Source of the DNA: Stramenopiles sp. TOSAG23-2
Taxonomy: Eukaryota
Length of the DNA: 50,414 bases
Assembly (NCBI GenBank): GCA_900128395.1
Contig: LT649268.1
Span: forward strand, 1-50,414
Direction of reading: 5' to 3'
Both the position numbers and the translations under genes were made by a program. The notes under the pieces were generated by a model. It had not been told where the DNA came from. It saw only the letters and a program-made list of their open reading frames with translations, and searched no databases. The number at the start of each line of letters is the position of its first letter. Position 1 is the stretch's first letter. This document shows, piece by piece, positions 23,201 through 33,359 of this stretch.

Positions 23201-24149
23201 TGTAACAGATAAAAGTGTTGCGAATAGTGGTGGCGAAATTTCAAGCACAGGGGAATATGTCCAACAAACTGTCATACGAACATTTAAATCTTATGGTGAT
23301 ATGTTCGATTTACAAGAGACGCTTGGAAATTTCACGGGTTTATTGGAAAATGTTACGGATACCATGTACGTGCTTGAAGAATTAGCTATGAAACAAAAAC
23401 AAAATATGAAAAGTACCAAATTGGAAAGTAGCAATGATGATTCCATTGCATTTAAAGAAGTGGATATTGTTGCACCTGGAGGTGTATGTTGTGCTAGCGA
23501 TTTAACCGTGAAAATTGAACAGGGCTCACCATTAATTGTTACAGGGCCCAATGCTAGTGGAAAATCATCATTGTTTCGAACATTGGGTGGACTATGGCCA
23601 ATTCCAACAGGCAAAATTCAACGGCCTTGTAATCCTGATGGCGTCGTAACAACAGATCAAGTATTCTTAGTGCCTCAAAAACCATATAGTGTCACAGGAT
23701 CATTATGTGATCAAATTACATATCCAAAAAAACTAAATAATCGTACAGCACAAGATGAGAAAAAATTACTTAGCTTGTTGACATTAGTCGGTATACCATA
23801 TCTTGTGGAGCGAGAAGGTGGTTGGGATACTATTCAGCAATGGGAAAATGTATTAAGTCTTGGTGAACAAGAGCGTATGGGATGCGCACGTTTATTTTAT
23901 CATAATCCAAAATTTGCTATTTTAGATGAATGTACATCTGCAGTTAGTATTGATGTGGAGGAAAAATTATATCGTGCAGCAAATGAGCGTGGTATTACAA
24001 GTATCACAATTAGTCAACGTTTAGCATTAGAAGAATTTCATACACGCGAATTGAGGATGGGTGATTGTGAAGGGGAGAAAGGATGGAGTATTCGTATGAT
24101 TGATGAGGGTGGTGGTGATGTTTTGGAAGAGGAAGAAGAGGAGGATTAA
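20205..24149 (+). CDS. ABCD: full-size peroxisomal ABC-D transporter (COMATOSE/PXA1-like, TMD-NBD-TMD-NBD)
   Basis: EAA-like motifs HSEAICAYQG and HTESVAFFGG; Walker A GCNGSGKS and GPNASGKS; LSMGEKQR and LSLGEQER; ILDECTS twice. Confidence 0.95.
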   Translation: MPTTQSKEKGAVKKKKKKRTNPIYTIFWKLFPFQFFNYGKDTETNKFDQEDATLGRLEVIMIFLVSCMRTWHQNRMVYVKRDLMTVTFTRNLDAFRNLLFDAGWMSLLASAIFSCHRYLKERLASLWREKLTKQLHRRYFHAMGYYKLSHLNKQAIPDVSERMVKDPRRFTKALADEMEKISAGITSGIWFTYKLYTISSPLEALSPLIYMFICWNLSLKVTPDWSRKWRNMLDLRSKYVSTQSRLQVHSEAICAYQGNKVERAIINNSWENYLEYVMTYVRDASIFQFVTKAFFEYGGNSICELLILIPFYSPANEVKQNYLAEISNAKALGGAEASNLIVKANAALMGAVRYRLEYYIRCFSAQGVVISGLRQLMQMRGPAKRLTQLYDTLDKFIQEKRDSTQFVDTPDTIGFENVQVFTPTNNLLIKDLNFKIKRGTNMLLTGCNGSGKSSIFRCLGGLWSIPEGGRISKPGGNSVGLNAAVFYLPQKPYNVLGTLRDQLCYPENKRVAKKISDGMLRKLLKAVDLEYLIDRGPQGPKDDKEVNWEVVLSMGEKQRLAMARLFYHNPKFAILDECTSGVSAAMERKLYDACGKRNITCITISHRPVLEQYHDYVLNVLKDGKGGYTWRETLRQKNKMHKKRSASMLYQDQVTNAGNDDGYKAWGGVSKAYLQRQDSDAAAEEAFLAKRSEKYKDDSTNNISKSGKKIEMKTKHSTWKRLFDVLYKGYMPNGFVLSDKETWRIIGLAGLIMFKVYAADRIARLDGAILATVLGDSRSNFAYLWFLGAFFRTFLAGFDAIMIHQKWALNLEWRRRLTKYMMDLYFTRNTFYDVKNQDSRITDPEERLTEQIEELSRCFTQLWTEALAPFIDIFYNAFVLYRAVGFRAVSSVGAWMIGGGLLLRYVIPNFRENVRKMYKLEGRFRFVHNRLVTHTESVAFFGGDQVENEVVDEKFKKLKEHISMSQIQNLRFNLFNNFMIRQTPDLMSFALRMYYAMTFVTDKSVANSGGEISSTGEYVQQTVIRTFKSYGDMFDLQETLGNFTGLLENVTDTMYVLEELAMKQKQNMKSTKLESSNDDSIAFKEVDIVAPGGVCCASDLTVKIEQGSPLIVTGPNASGKSSLFRTLGGLWPIPTGKIQRPCNPDGVVTTDQVFLVPQKPYSVTGSLCDQITYPKKLNNRTAQDEKKLLSLLTLVGIPYLVEREGGWDTIQQWENVLSLGEQERMGCARLFYHNPKFAILDECTSAVSIDVEEKLYRAANERGITSITISQRLALEEFHTRELRMGDCEGEKGWSIRMIDEGGGDVLEEEEEED

Positions 24150-24520
24150 TAAGAATTTACAAAAAATTGTGAAGGTGTGCTAGAAATGATTTATATATAT
24201 ATATATATACGAGGGAGCTATACGTGGTATACTTAAAAAAGAAATAAATTTTTTTCAACATTTTTTTATTACAAAAAGTATTTTTAATAAAATGATAACA
24301 TTGATAATAAATAATCAGAGGGGTAAGGGAAAATTGGAGAATTAAAATTATTATTAACATGCGCTTAAATTTAAAACCCATATATCTCAGAATATAATTT
24401 TATGAGATTTGAACACCATATCATATTTTTAATGGGGCGCAAAACGTTATACTCTCTTTTCCCCCAAAAATCAATTTTTCCAAAACCTCCAGCTCAAAAC
24501 GTTCAATTCGTTTAATCGAA

Positions 24521-26704
24521 CTAGTTAATTATCTTCACCAAACCTAAGTCACAGCAACCTATGCGAATCGTATTTCCTCGACGATCGCACTTTTCTTTTA
24601 TGTGTTTTTTTATTACACGGACATATACTTTTGTACCTTGACTAAGGACACAATCATACAACATCCCATCCTTTGTCTTGAGCGTGTTTTCTTTGTAACT
24701 GCTATCCCTCATACCAATATTTACAAAACAGTTGTTGTTATATGAACTAACAACAATACCCACATACACGCTCCCTTCTCTTAAATCATTATAGTGAATA
24801 AGACTTTCAGTACAATCAATTGCTTCTATGTTGTTATTACTGCGGTCTCTCCATGTACCACCTCTTTTGGAAAAACTGCCATGTGGTTGCTGCTGTTGGC
24901 TATGCTCATAGTTAAAACGCTTTCCTCTATTATCGTTATGATTAGATCGATAATCATGATCACTACTACTTCCACCATTTACATCATGACTACCATATTT
25001 TGCCATGAATTTATTTGGTTGTAACATTGACGAATGTGGTCTACGATTATTTTGATTTCTATTATTATTGATACTAATATTTTTTTTAATTTTTCTATGT
25101 AGTACACAAAACCATGTACTTTTCTCATTTATGTATCCATTTTTTTTGGCACATGTTTCACATACCCAATTTTCACATTTACCAGAAAATTCACACCCAA
25201 CTGATTTAACGACTGTTCTTCCTCTACCATCTTCAAGTACGGTCTCACATTCAAAGCAGAAATAAGATTTATCATTATTGTGATTATTATTATAATTATT
25301 GCTTCTGTTCCATTCATCATTTTGGATAATTTGATTTCCCCAACCACTACTGTTCATTCCATATGATTGTACATACTTTGCAACTGATGAAGGAATAACA
25401 TTCTTATTATTTCCATTACCTGTGTTCTGATTATTATCAATAGGTTGCATATTAAATGATGCATTTGCATTCCCATCAATTTCAAATATCTGTTCTAGCT
25501 GATCTAGTTTTTCATTATTATATTTTATATATTCATTTTGTTCTTTTCTTGTCTTTATCAACTGCTGTTTTAAGTCTCTAATTTCTTTGTTTTTTGCTTT
25601 TTTCAACTCTTCAATTTCTTTTTTTAACTGATTGACTAACTCCTCATTTGATATAGGGAGCTCCTTCTTAATCTCTTTTAAACCCCTTTCTATTCTTCCT
25701 GCTACATTCAGATAGTTTCCCCAAAAATCATCACCATAGTCACATAGTAATTGCCCACCTTCGCTCACTTCTTCAATATTTGTTATGCAGATGTGCAAAT
25801 TACCATCTTCTACAAAATCAACAAAGGAGACATTGGGTTTACGGCGTTGTGCTTTTTCAATATTGTAATTTGGAATATCTGTACGATAATCATTTATATA
25901 TGCAGCATAGCCCCTATGGTTTGATGCATCCCCAGTAATCTCCCTCACACTAATTGGGTCACAAGTATACATGTAATCAAGTTCTTTAAATGGATTTTTC
26001 TTGTCAACTTTCTTATTGTAGTTTACTTCTGTCATGTACTCACATACATATTCCAATTTTAAATGATTGATAGCCAAGTGTTTTGTTGCAAATAAACCAG
26101 TTATAGAGCGGTGAAAACTGTAAGCAGGATCAGTTGTTAGAAGTTTTTTTAAACAAAATGTTTCGCCATACTTTGAGTAATCCTTTTTTTGCCATGCTTC
26201 TTTTGTCATATTATTAATAAATTTGGATGAATGTTCTTCTGGGAAGTAATTTTTCCTACCAATACTTTGTATCTTTTCCAAGGCTTTTGGGTTATACTTA
26301 TTGACAGTTTTTATTTTTGAACACAGATCTTTTATATATTCATTGCCATTAGTATCCTCTGTATGCAGAAATTCAAGAGGCATACTGACAGTAGTAGCAC
26401 CACCTATGCTGTTTTCACTACTACTATTTCCACTACTATTACTATTACTACTTGTTGAATGAGCCAACTTTGCTTTTTTAGCCACACGTGGTTCTTCTAC
26501 TATTACTTCCCTTGTCAAATCAATGACATCATGTGTATAGTTCTCTTCTATTTTTTTCTCTGTTTTTTTTAATTGATCTTCCTTTTCCTTAACATATTTT
26601 GATAAATTCTCTCTGACTAAATCCGCTAAATATTTGTTTGGCACAGACCCCATCCTCCCAGACGAGCTCATAGATACAGACCCCATCCTCCCAGACCCTG
26701 ACAT
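24521..26704 (-). CDS. SET domain + coiled coil + PHD-like finger + S1 RNA-binding domain protein
   Basis: GLFATK..EYVCE..AYINDYR..PNV..GGQLLCDYGDDFW (SET); CFEC..C....C..WVCETC..WFCVLH (PHD-like); LREGSVYVGIV..FVNIG..DGML..GTKVYVRV (S1). Confidence 0.82.
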   Translation of the reverse strand: MSGSGRMGSVSMSSSGRMGSVPNKYLADLVRENLSKYVKEKEDQLKKTEKKIEENYTHDVIDLTREVIVEEPRVAKKAKLAHSTSSNSNSSGNSSSENSIGGATTVSMPLEFLHTEDTNGNEYIKDLCSKIKTVNKYNPKALEKIQSIGRKNYFPEEHSSKFINNMTKEAWQKKDYSKYGETFCLKKLLTTDPAYSFHRSITGLFATKHLAINHLKLEYVCEYMTEVNYNKKVDKKNPFKELDYMYTCDPISVREITGDASNHRGYAAYINDYRTDIPNYNIEKAQRRKPNVSFVDFVEDGNLHICITNIEEVSEGGQLLCDYGDDFWGNYLNVAGRIERGLKEIKKELPISNEELVNQLKKEIEELKKAKNKEIRDLKQQLIKTRKEQNEYIKYNNEKLDQLEQIFEIDGNANASFNMQPIDNNQNTGNGNNKNVIPSSVAKYVQSYGMNSSGWGNQIIQNDEWNRSNNYNNNHNNDKSYFCFECETVLEDGRGRTVVKSVGCEFSGKCENWVCETCAKKNGYINEKSTWFCVLHRKIKKNISINNNRNQNNRRPHSSMLQPNKFMAKYGSHDVNGGSSSDHDYRSNHNDNRGKRFNYEHSQQQQPHGSFSKRGGTWRDRSNNNIEAIDCTESLIHYNDLREGSVYVGIVVSSYNNNCFVNIGMRDSSYKENTLKTKDGMLYDCVLSQGTKVYVRVIKKHIKEKCDRRGNTIRIGCCDLGLVKIIN

Positions 26705-27056
26705 TTCTGGGATAAATAATAATTGAAAAAATAATTTTAGGATGATTTTAAATTAATAGTACATGTTGTTTTTATTTTCTACTTTATCTATTATTACAAA
26801 ATTATATGTAATAAATAATTCACTAAAATAAAAATAATCAATAATAATAATTTCAATATAATAATAGGTCTTCTAATTCTTCTGAGATTATTACATGTAA
26901 ATAATAAATAAGAAGAAGATGAAAAGTTTATTTAAAAAATGTAAAAGACCTGGTGGTATTATACTGTATTTCATATACTATCAAGTATAAGAGAACGCCA
27001 AATATTTCTACAATATCCAAAAAAAAACCTGGGGTGCAAAAAACAACACCTCTATA

Positions 27057-27112
27057 GCAGGCTGGGCAGGCCCAGCAGGCCCAGCAGGCCAGCAGGCCCG
27101 CAGGCTAGGCTA
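27057..27112. repeat. GC-rich (GCAGGC[C]CA)n degenerate tandem repeat in divergent intergenic region
   Basis: gcaggctgg gcaggccca gcaggccca gcaggcca gcaggccc gcaggct. Confidence 0.8.
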
Positions 27113-27333
27113 GCACCTGCACAACAAAAACACAAAAACATCATTAGCGTACATCATATTAAATCATCGAATGTAGCCGTCGTCTAAATAATACATATAA
27201 TTAATAGACGACAGGTGTACATATTAGCACGAAAATGAATAGATACATAAATGTTTGTACCAACCCTTTAAAGTGATTAATAGACACAACACCAATTATT
27301 AATCAATATTTCTCTATATATCTACATATAAAC

Positions 27334-28497
27334 ATGTCTAATAATAAAATTTACGACACTTTATTGGACCGTTTAGATAAATGGTGTAAAGCACAACCAG
27401 ATAAAATACTTTATACATTTTTGGATGATAAAGGGAAAGAGACAGTCAAATTGTCATATGCTGATATCGATAGGAAAACAAATGCAATAGCAACTATAAT
27501 GAGAAAATCAAAAACAGATGGAGGATGGGGTATTGAAGCGAAAGATAGAGTACTACTTGTTTACCCGCCATCTCTTGATTTTATTGTAGCATATATAGCC
27601 TGTTTACGTGCCGGCGTTGTTGCTGTACCAGTATTTCCACCACATCCTGGTAAACTACGAAAAGATCTACAGCATTTTGTAAGCATTCATGAAAGCTCTG
27701 GTGCAACTGTTGCGTTGACAAACAATATGTATAGTTTTGCAAAGAAAGTATCTGGAATCAAAGCAATTTTCTCAAAAGATAAAAAAAAGTGGCCGGATGT
27801 TGAGTGGATATTAAGTGATAACGTTAAAAGTGATAATGCTACTACGAAACCAAATTTCAATATTGAACGCACTGATTTGGCGTTTTTACAATATACGTCA
27901 GGATCAACATCAGAGCCTAAAGGAGTAATGATTACACACAACAATTTAGCACATAATTTGACAATGATTACCACTGCGTTAAAGGCTGGAACTAATACTG
28001 TTGTATGTGCATGGTTGCCACAATATCATGATATGGGATTAATCGGCTCATATCTTGGAACATTATATTGCGGTGGTTCTGGTGCTTACATGTCACCATT
28101 AACTTTTATTAAAAATCCTTCGTTATGGATGGAAATGTCAAGTAAATACAAAGCAACACATACACAGGCACCGAACTTTGCATATAAATTAACAGCAAGA
28201 AAATTCAAAGCAAAATATTTTGATGAGAATAGTAAAAATAAAAAAGATTTGAGTTTAGATTTAAGTTCCATGGAACATATGTTCAATGCAGCGGAACCAA
28301 TTACGCTTGAATCGATTAATATGTTTTATGATACATTTACTCCATATGGTTTGAAAAAGGATGTAATTGTGCCAGGATATGGTTTAGCTGAACATACAGT
28401 ATATGTATGCGATGCAGGGAAACAAGTTTTATCACTAAATAAAAAAAAATTGAAACAAAATAAAGTCGTTTTGATAGATGATGATGATGATAATAAC

Positions 28498-28541
<44 letters not shown>

Positions 28542-29742
28542 GAAAGATGGCAATAAAAAAGTATTAGTAGGTTGTGGTATTCCATTAATGGATGAATTTG
28601 ATGTAGATGTAAAAATTGTAAAAACTGAGGGAAATGATGAGGACATGGTAACATTTGCCTCTTTAAAGGAAGATGAAATTGGTGAAGTGTGGGTCAGCAG
28701 TCAATCAAAAGCACAAGGATATTTTGGCAAGGACAATGCTACGAAAGATGCATTTTTGGCTACTTTGCCAAATAATAATAGTACTGGTGGGGATAAAGAA
28801 GAAGACGAAAAAGATACAAAAACATATTTACGTACAGGCGATTTAGGTTTTATACATAATAAAGAATTATTTATTTGTGGAAGAGATAAAGATTTAATCA
28901 TCATACGGGGTAAAAATCATTATCCACAAGATATTGAAGAAGTTGTAGAAAGTGATAATAGGTTACGACCTGGCTGTAGTGCCGCATTTTCCATCGTAGT
29001 TGATAATGATGAGGTGTTAGTAGTAATAGCAGAGTTGAGAAATGCGAAAGAAAAAGGGGCAAATCAAATCGCAGCTGATGCTAGGCAACGAGTGTCACAA
29101 GATCATGGTGTTCAAGTCCATACTTTAGTATTGATTAAACCACGTACGGTTGAAAAAACAAGTAGTGGAAAAATTGCTAGAAGTTGGGCAAAAAAAGCGT
29201 ATCTAAATAATGATTTACAAATTGTTGTGACGAGTACAGGTAATATACGCGCTGCTGCAAAGAAAAGTGATGATGAGACGAAAAATGATGATGGCAAAAA
29301 AAAGAAAAAAAAGAAACTGAAACAGAAAGAATTAAGTAAACAACAGAATCAATTGATAGATGAAGTTGCACAATTACTAGAAATAGAAACGGGTGATATT
29401 GAGTTAGATGTACCATTAGTTGAGCTTGGTATGGATAGTATGATGCTTGGACAATTGCAAGGTATTGTTTCATCAGATTTCAATGTAGATTTGGAGAGCG
29501 ATGAATTATTTACGGAAACATGTACATTGACTTTAATTTTTGAAATGATTGATAATGGTGGTTCCAGTCCAAATTTTGTAAAGCAAGATAAAGATTCGGT
29601 TGTTGTTCCGGTGAAAGACGATGATAATAATAATGAAGCAGATAGTGGTGGAAACAACAAGAAAAAACCTATTTCTACATTTGAAGTTATATTTTGTTTC
29701 TGTTGTAGAGGAAGTAAGAAGAAGAAGAAGCGAAAAAAGTAA
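27334..29742 (+). CDS. fatty acyl-AMP ligase (FAAL) fused to acyl carrier protein
   Basis: FLQYTSGSTSEPKG, WLPQYHDMGLIG, GYGLAEHT, RTGDLGF, KTSSGKI; ACP motif LGMDSMM; tail FCFCCRGSKKKKKRKK. Confidence 0.92.
28492..28539 (+). repeat. (AAT)n microsatellite encoding Asn16
   Basis: Read directly; in frame within the FAAL gene. Confidence 0.95.
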
Positions 29743-30184
29743 AAGAGAGGGAGTATGGACATTTTCAAAAATTAAAAAATATTATTTAATATAAAATAAT
29801 GAATTTACGCACCTCACACATAATACTTTAATACTTCAGTGCGCTCGTACTGTGCCAAAATATATCTCCTTTGTACGATGTACGAGTACGAAGTATATAC
29901 GAGTAATTAAAAAACGCTTTAAACAAAAATCTCATCTCTCTACGGTCGTGTACTTCACTTTTTTAAACAATGTGCGCTCTAAAAAATCATATTTTTGTCG
30001 ACCGTATAGTTCTAATAGTAAGAAGACAGTATTATAACATATAAAATAAAACAGCACAGTATTGGAAAAATAAAATGAGATAAATTTTATAACATATTAC
30101 TACTATCATATAGTGGTATACTAAAAATATGCACATATCACCAATGTTAAGGTGCACATTTAACATTATTAATTTCGCAACAAC

Positions 30185-30203
30185 ACCAGGTAAATACCAG
30201 GTA
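30185..30203. promoter_or_regulatory. tandem ACCAGGTA pair upstream of TOM1-like gene
   Basis: ACCAGGTA aa TACCAGGTA, about one helical turn apart. Confidence 0.5.
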
Positions 30204-30492
30204 GAATAATACCTAAGTACGATATTTATTATGTGGCTTGAATGCTGGAATGCTGGAATGTGGTGCTTTGAACAGGGAGAATTTTCTCCCCCGGGCTTCT
30301 TGAATGATGTGATGCGAACTCCTGCACTTTTAGTCTAAATAAAAATACAGAAAAATAGCAGATGAAACACATGTGTAGTTCATTAGTTCATACAAATCCA
30401 GAATAATAACATACATTTTCACATATATATATATATATATATACATATACAGACGAAGCAAGCATAGAATCGAAAAGAAACAAACGAAAAGG

Positions 30493-32664
30493 ATGAAGAA
30501 AGCATTTTCTAAACGTTTTGGTAAACGTGTATCATATGCACCAGACTCATTTCCTGGGTTAGTCGATAAAGCGACGGATGAAATGTTATTTAAGTTAGAT
30601 TGGGGTTTAGTAACAGAAGTGTGTGATAAAGCATCGCATGTTATGGGGAAAGAGGAGCTTCGACTAGGGGTACGGGCAGCGCGAAAGCGAATTCAAGACG
30701 ATCAACACAAAGTGGTAATGTTTGGTTTGCAAGTTATCGATGCGTTAGTGAAAAATAATTCTCAAAATTTTTATTTTTTACAATTTATGGCGGAACAAAA
30801 AATGATGAACTCTCTTGTTCGTTTAGTTGATAGAGGGATAGATAAAGGTGGAAGGGATAATTTGGAAGCCATGGAAAAAGTGTTGGATATGCTACAAGCA
30901 TGGGGCGAAGGGTATCACAACCACCAAGATAAAGGTTTACGTTTGTTTGTGGAGACATACCATAAATTAAGAGAACGCAATGTGAAATTTCCTCGTCCCT
31001 TACCAAACCTGACAGCACCCTTATTTACACCAAAATCAAGTGTTCAAGCTAATAATCCACCACCACCACAAGTGAATATGGTCTATCAACAAGCACCTGT
31101 GCTCCAAGCTCCAGGACAACAAAACATGAATGCAAACAATGGGGTTTATGTAGATAGGGATCTTGAAATCGCATTGCAATTGAGCCAGCAACAAGCACAA
31201 GGACAACAACAAGCACCAGTTCAACAGCAAGCTATACCATTATCAAAATGGTTACAAACGGTTGCAAACACGATTGCTCTTTTAGAACAATCATTAAATG
31301 CAGCAGAAAGCAAGGAAGAAGTGAAGGGAAATGAAATTATTAAAGATTTAGTTGAACATTTAGATGCATCCCAGAAAGAGCTCATGACACGATTGCAAAG
31401 CAATGTCAATGAAGCAGATATGCATAAACTATTGCATATGAACGATAGTATACATCATGTAAAGGACTTACATGCTATGGTATTAGCAGAAGGTCCAAGA
31501 AAAAATAGCAACCCTGGTTCTAGTACAGATACAAATAATGCAAAAGCACAAGAGGATGATTCATTAATAAATTTAGCTGAAGTAGCAATTGAAACCGTTC
31601 CACCTTCACCGAATATGAAGAAAATATCTTCAAAAAAAGAAAATGGGAAGAAGAAGCAAAAAGCAGAATTACAGCGCCAATCAACAGAGGAGGATTTGAT
31701 GGATTTATTTAGTGCTCCTCAGCAGGAGACAAATAATATGAATAACAATAATAGTAATGGTTTGGTAGGCGATTTAAGCAATTTAGATGGTTTAATGCCA
31801 ATGTCTACATTACCGCCTTCAAGTACCAACGGCAATGACAATAATGTTATGCAAGTAATGAACGCGACAAAGGACAATGGCTTGAATTCTAGTAATGGGC
31901 ATAATAACCCGATATCAAATGCAATCGGTTTGATGCCACAAATGCCAGTGCAACAAAAAAGTATGTATGGTGGAGGACAAGTACAACAACAAGGATTTAA
32001 TAATAATAATAAGATGTCTTCAGGAGGAATAAGCATGATGCCTGGTTTTGGTCGTGGCCAAAACTATCTCGCTACTGGTAACAATAATAATAGTAATCCA
32101 ATGATGTTTCAAGCTCAAAACAATACATTTATGAATACCACTAGCATGAATAATACTTTCCAAACAACACAACAAATGAAACAACAAACACAACCACGAA
32201 GTCGAGGAAGCAGCAACCCGTTTCAAACGCAAATGAAACCAGCTCCACAGGAACCATCACAGCGTAATAGAGGAAATAGCAATCCATTCCTATCAGCACA
32301 AAGCAATAATAATAAAAATAGTAATAACAGCAATACGATGAATAAGACAATAAATAATCCGAAATCTTCAATATCTTCATCACCTGCAACAACTGGGCAA
32401 CAAAATGACGAGGAGAAGTTTATGTATTTTAATAATGGACGCAGGGTCAGCATAAACAAGGGAAGCAATAACAATAGTGGAAATAATAATAACAACAGCC
32501 AACAAAATAATAATAATGATAAGAAAGATACATCTAGCCCATTTGGTGGTTTAAAACAACCAAAAGCTGGTAAACGCCGTGTTAGGGGAAATTCTGGTGG
32601 TAATGCAAAAGATATTGATATTTTTGCCGATCTGAATGATCTTGCATTGAATCCAGAAGACTGA
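30493..32664 (+). CDS. TOM1: TOM1-like VHS-UIM-GAT endosomal ubiquitin adaptor
   Basis: LVDKATDE..DWGLVTEVCD..DALVKN..MLQAW..YHKLRERNVKFP (VHS); DRDLEIALQLS (UIM); LLHMNDSI (GAT); two RGxSNPF motifs. Confidence 0.88.
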   Translation: MKKAFSKRFGKRVSYAPDSFPGLVDKATDEMLFKLDWGLVTEVCDKASHVMGKEELRLGVRAARKRIQDDQHKVVMFGLQVIDALVKNNSQNFYFLQFMAEQKMMNSLVRLVDRGIDKGGRDNLEAMEKVLDMLQAWGEGYHNHQDKGLRLFVETYHKLRERNVKFPRPLPNLTAPLFTPKSSVQANNPPPPQVNMVYQQAPVLQAPGQQNMNANNGVYVDRDLEIALQLSQQQAQGQQQAPVQQQAIPLSKWLQTVANTIALLEQSLNAAESKEEVKGNEIIKDLVEHLDASQKELMTRLQSNVNEADMHKLLHMNDSIHHVKDLHAMVLAEGPRKNSNPGSSTDTNNAKAQEDDSLINLAEVAIETVPPSPNMKKISSKKENGKKKQKAELQRQSTEEDLMDLFSAPQQETNNMNNNNSNGLVGDLSNLDGLMPMSTLPPSSTNGNDNNVMQVMNATKDNGLNSSNGHNNPISNAIGLMPQMPVQQKSMYGGGQVQQQGFNNNNKMSSGGISMMPGFGRGQNYLATGNNNNSNPMMFQAQNNTFMNTTSMNNTFQTTQQMKQQTQPRSRGSSNPFQTQMKPAPQEPSQRNRGNSNPFLSAQSNNNKNSNNSNTMNKTINNPKSSISSSPATTGQQNDEEKFMYFNNGRRVSINKGSNNNSGNNNNNSQQNNNNDKKDTSSPFGGLKQPKAGKRRVRGNSGGNAKDIDIFADLNDLALNPED

Positions 32665-33359
32665 AAAAAAATACGAGAGTATCATTTATTAATCTCGAGA
32701 GAGTTTATTAATACATTTCTGTATATATCATAATATTTATATATGAAAGGTAAAATATAATCTATTAATATTATATACCATTATATATATTTTAGCTATG
32801 ATAATGATGTGCATATTTTGTTTTCTTCTTGCTCGGCTTCTATAATAATAGCATAGACGTATCAGTCTGGGCAGGGCTTAGTTAATAGCGCTGGGGCTAC
32901 CTATTATTAAAATTTGTACAAATATCAAATATAAAATATATACCAATACATACCAATATACCTGGTACAGTATGTTATAGTGTAGCTCATAGTATTATAC
33001 ATGAAATGCCTGAACGGCAAGGACCCTGTCCCGAGATTGGCGAAAAAGAGAAGTTCGTGAAGATAGAAATTATTTGTTTAAGGAGTGAATCAATGGGAAG
33101 AAAAAAAAAAAAAAGATTCAGATATTTGTTATTATACCATTTTTTGAAAACAACCAAATTTTTAATGTTGATAATCCACACCCCCTCTCTATTAATATAT
33201 AACACTATTATATAATATTAATATATTGTCTCCCGATTGCAAGCCTTCTTGGTTCCCTGCCTGGACGTTCGTATTGTTAGAGTGCCGGATATTATTAGGC
33301 AGTTGGACTGCCTAGTAATTCCTTTATTTACAGAGCTAGATACATGTTTGCCTTAATGA

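Noticed and set aside
21897..23938. Identical 47-nt block in both ABCD NBDs (21897-21943, 23892-23938), possible gene conversion
   Set aside because: Encodes the conserved LFYHNPKFAILDECTS using only the preferred A/T-ending codons; codon bias suffices.
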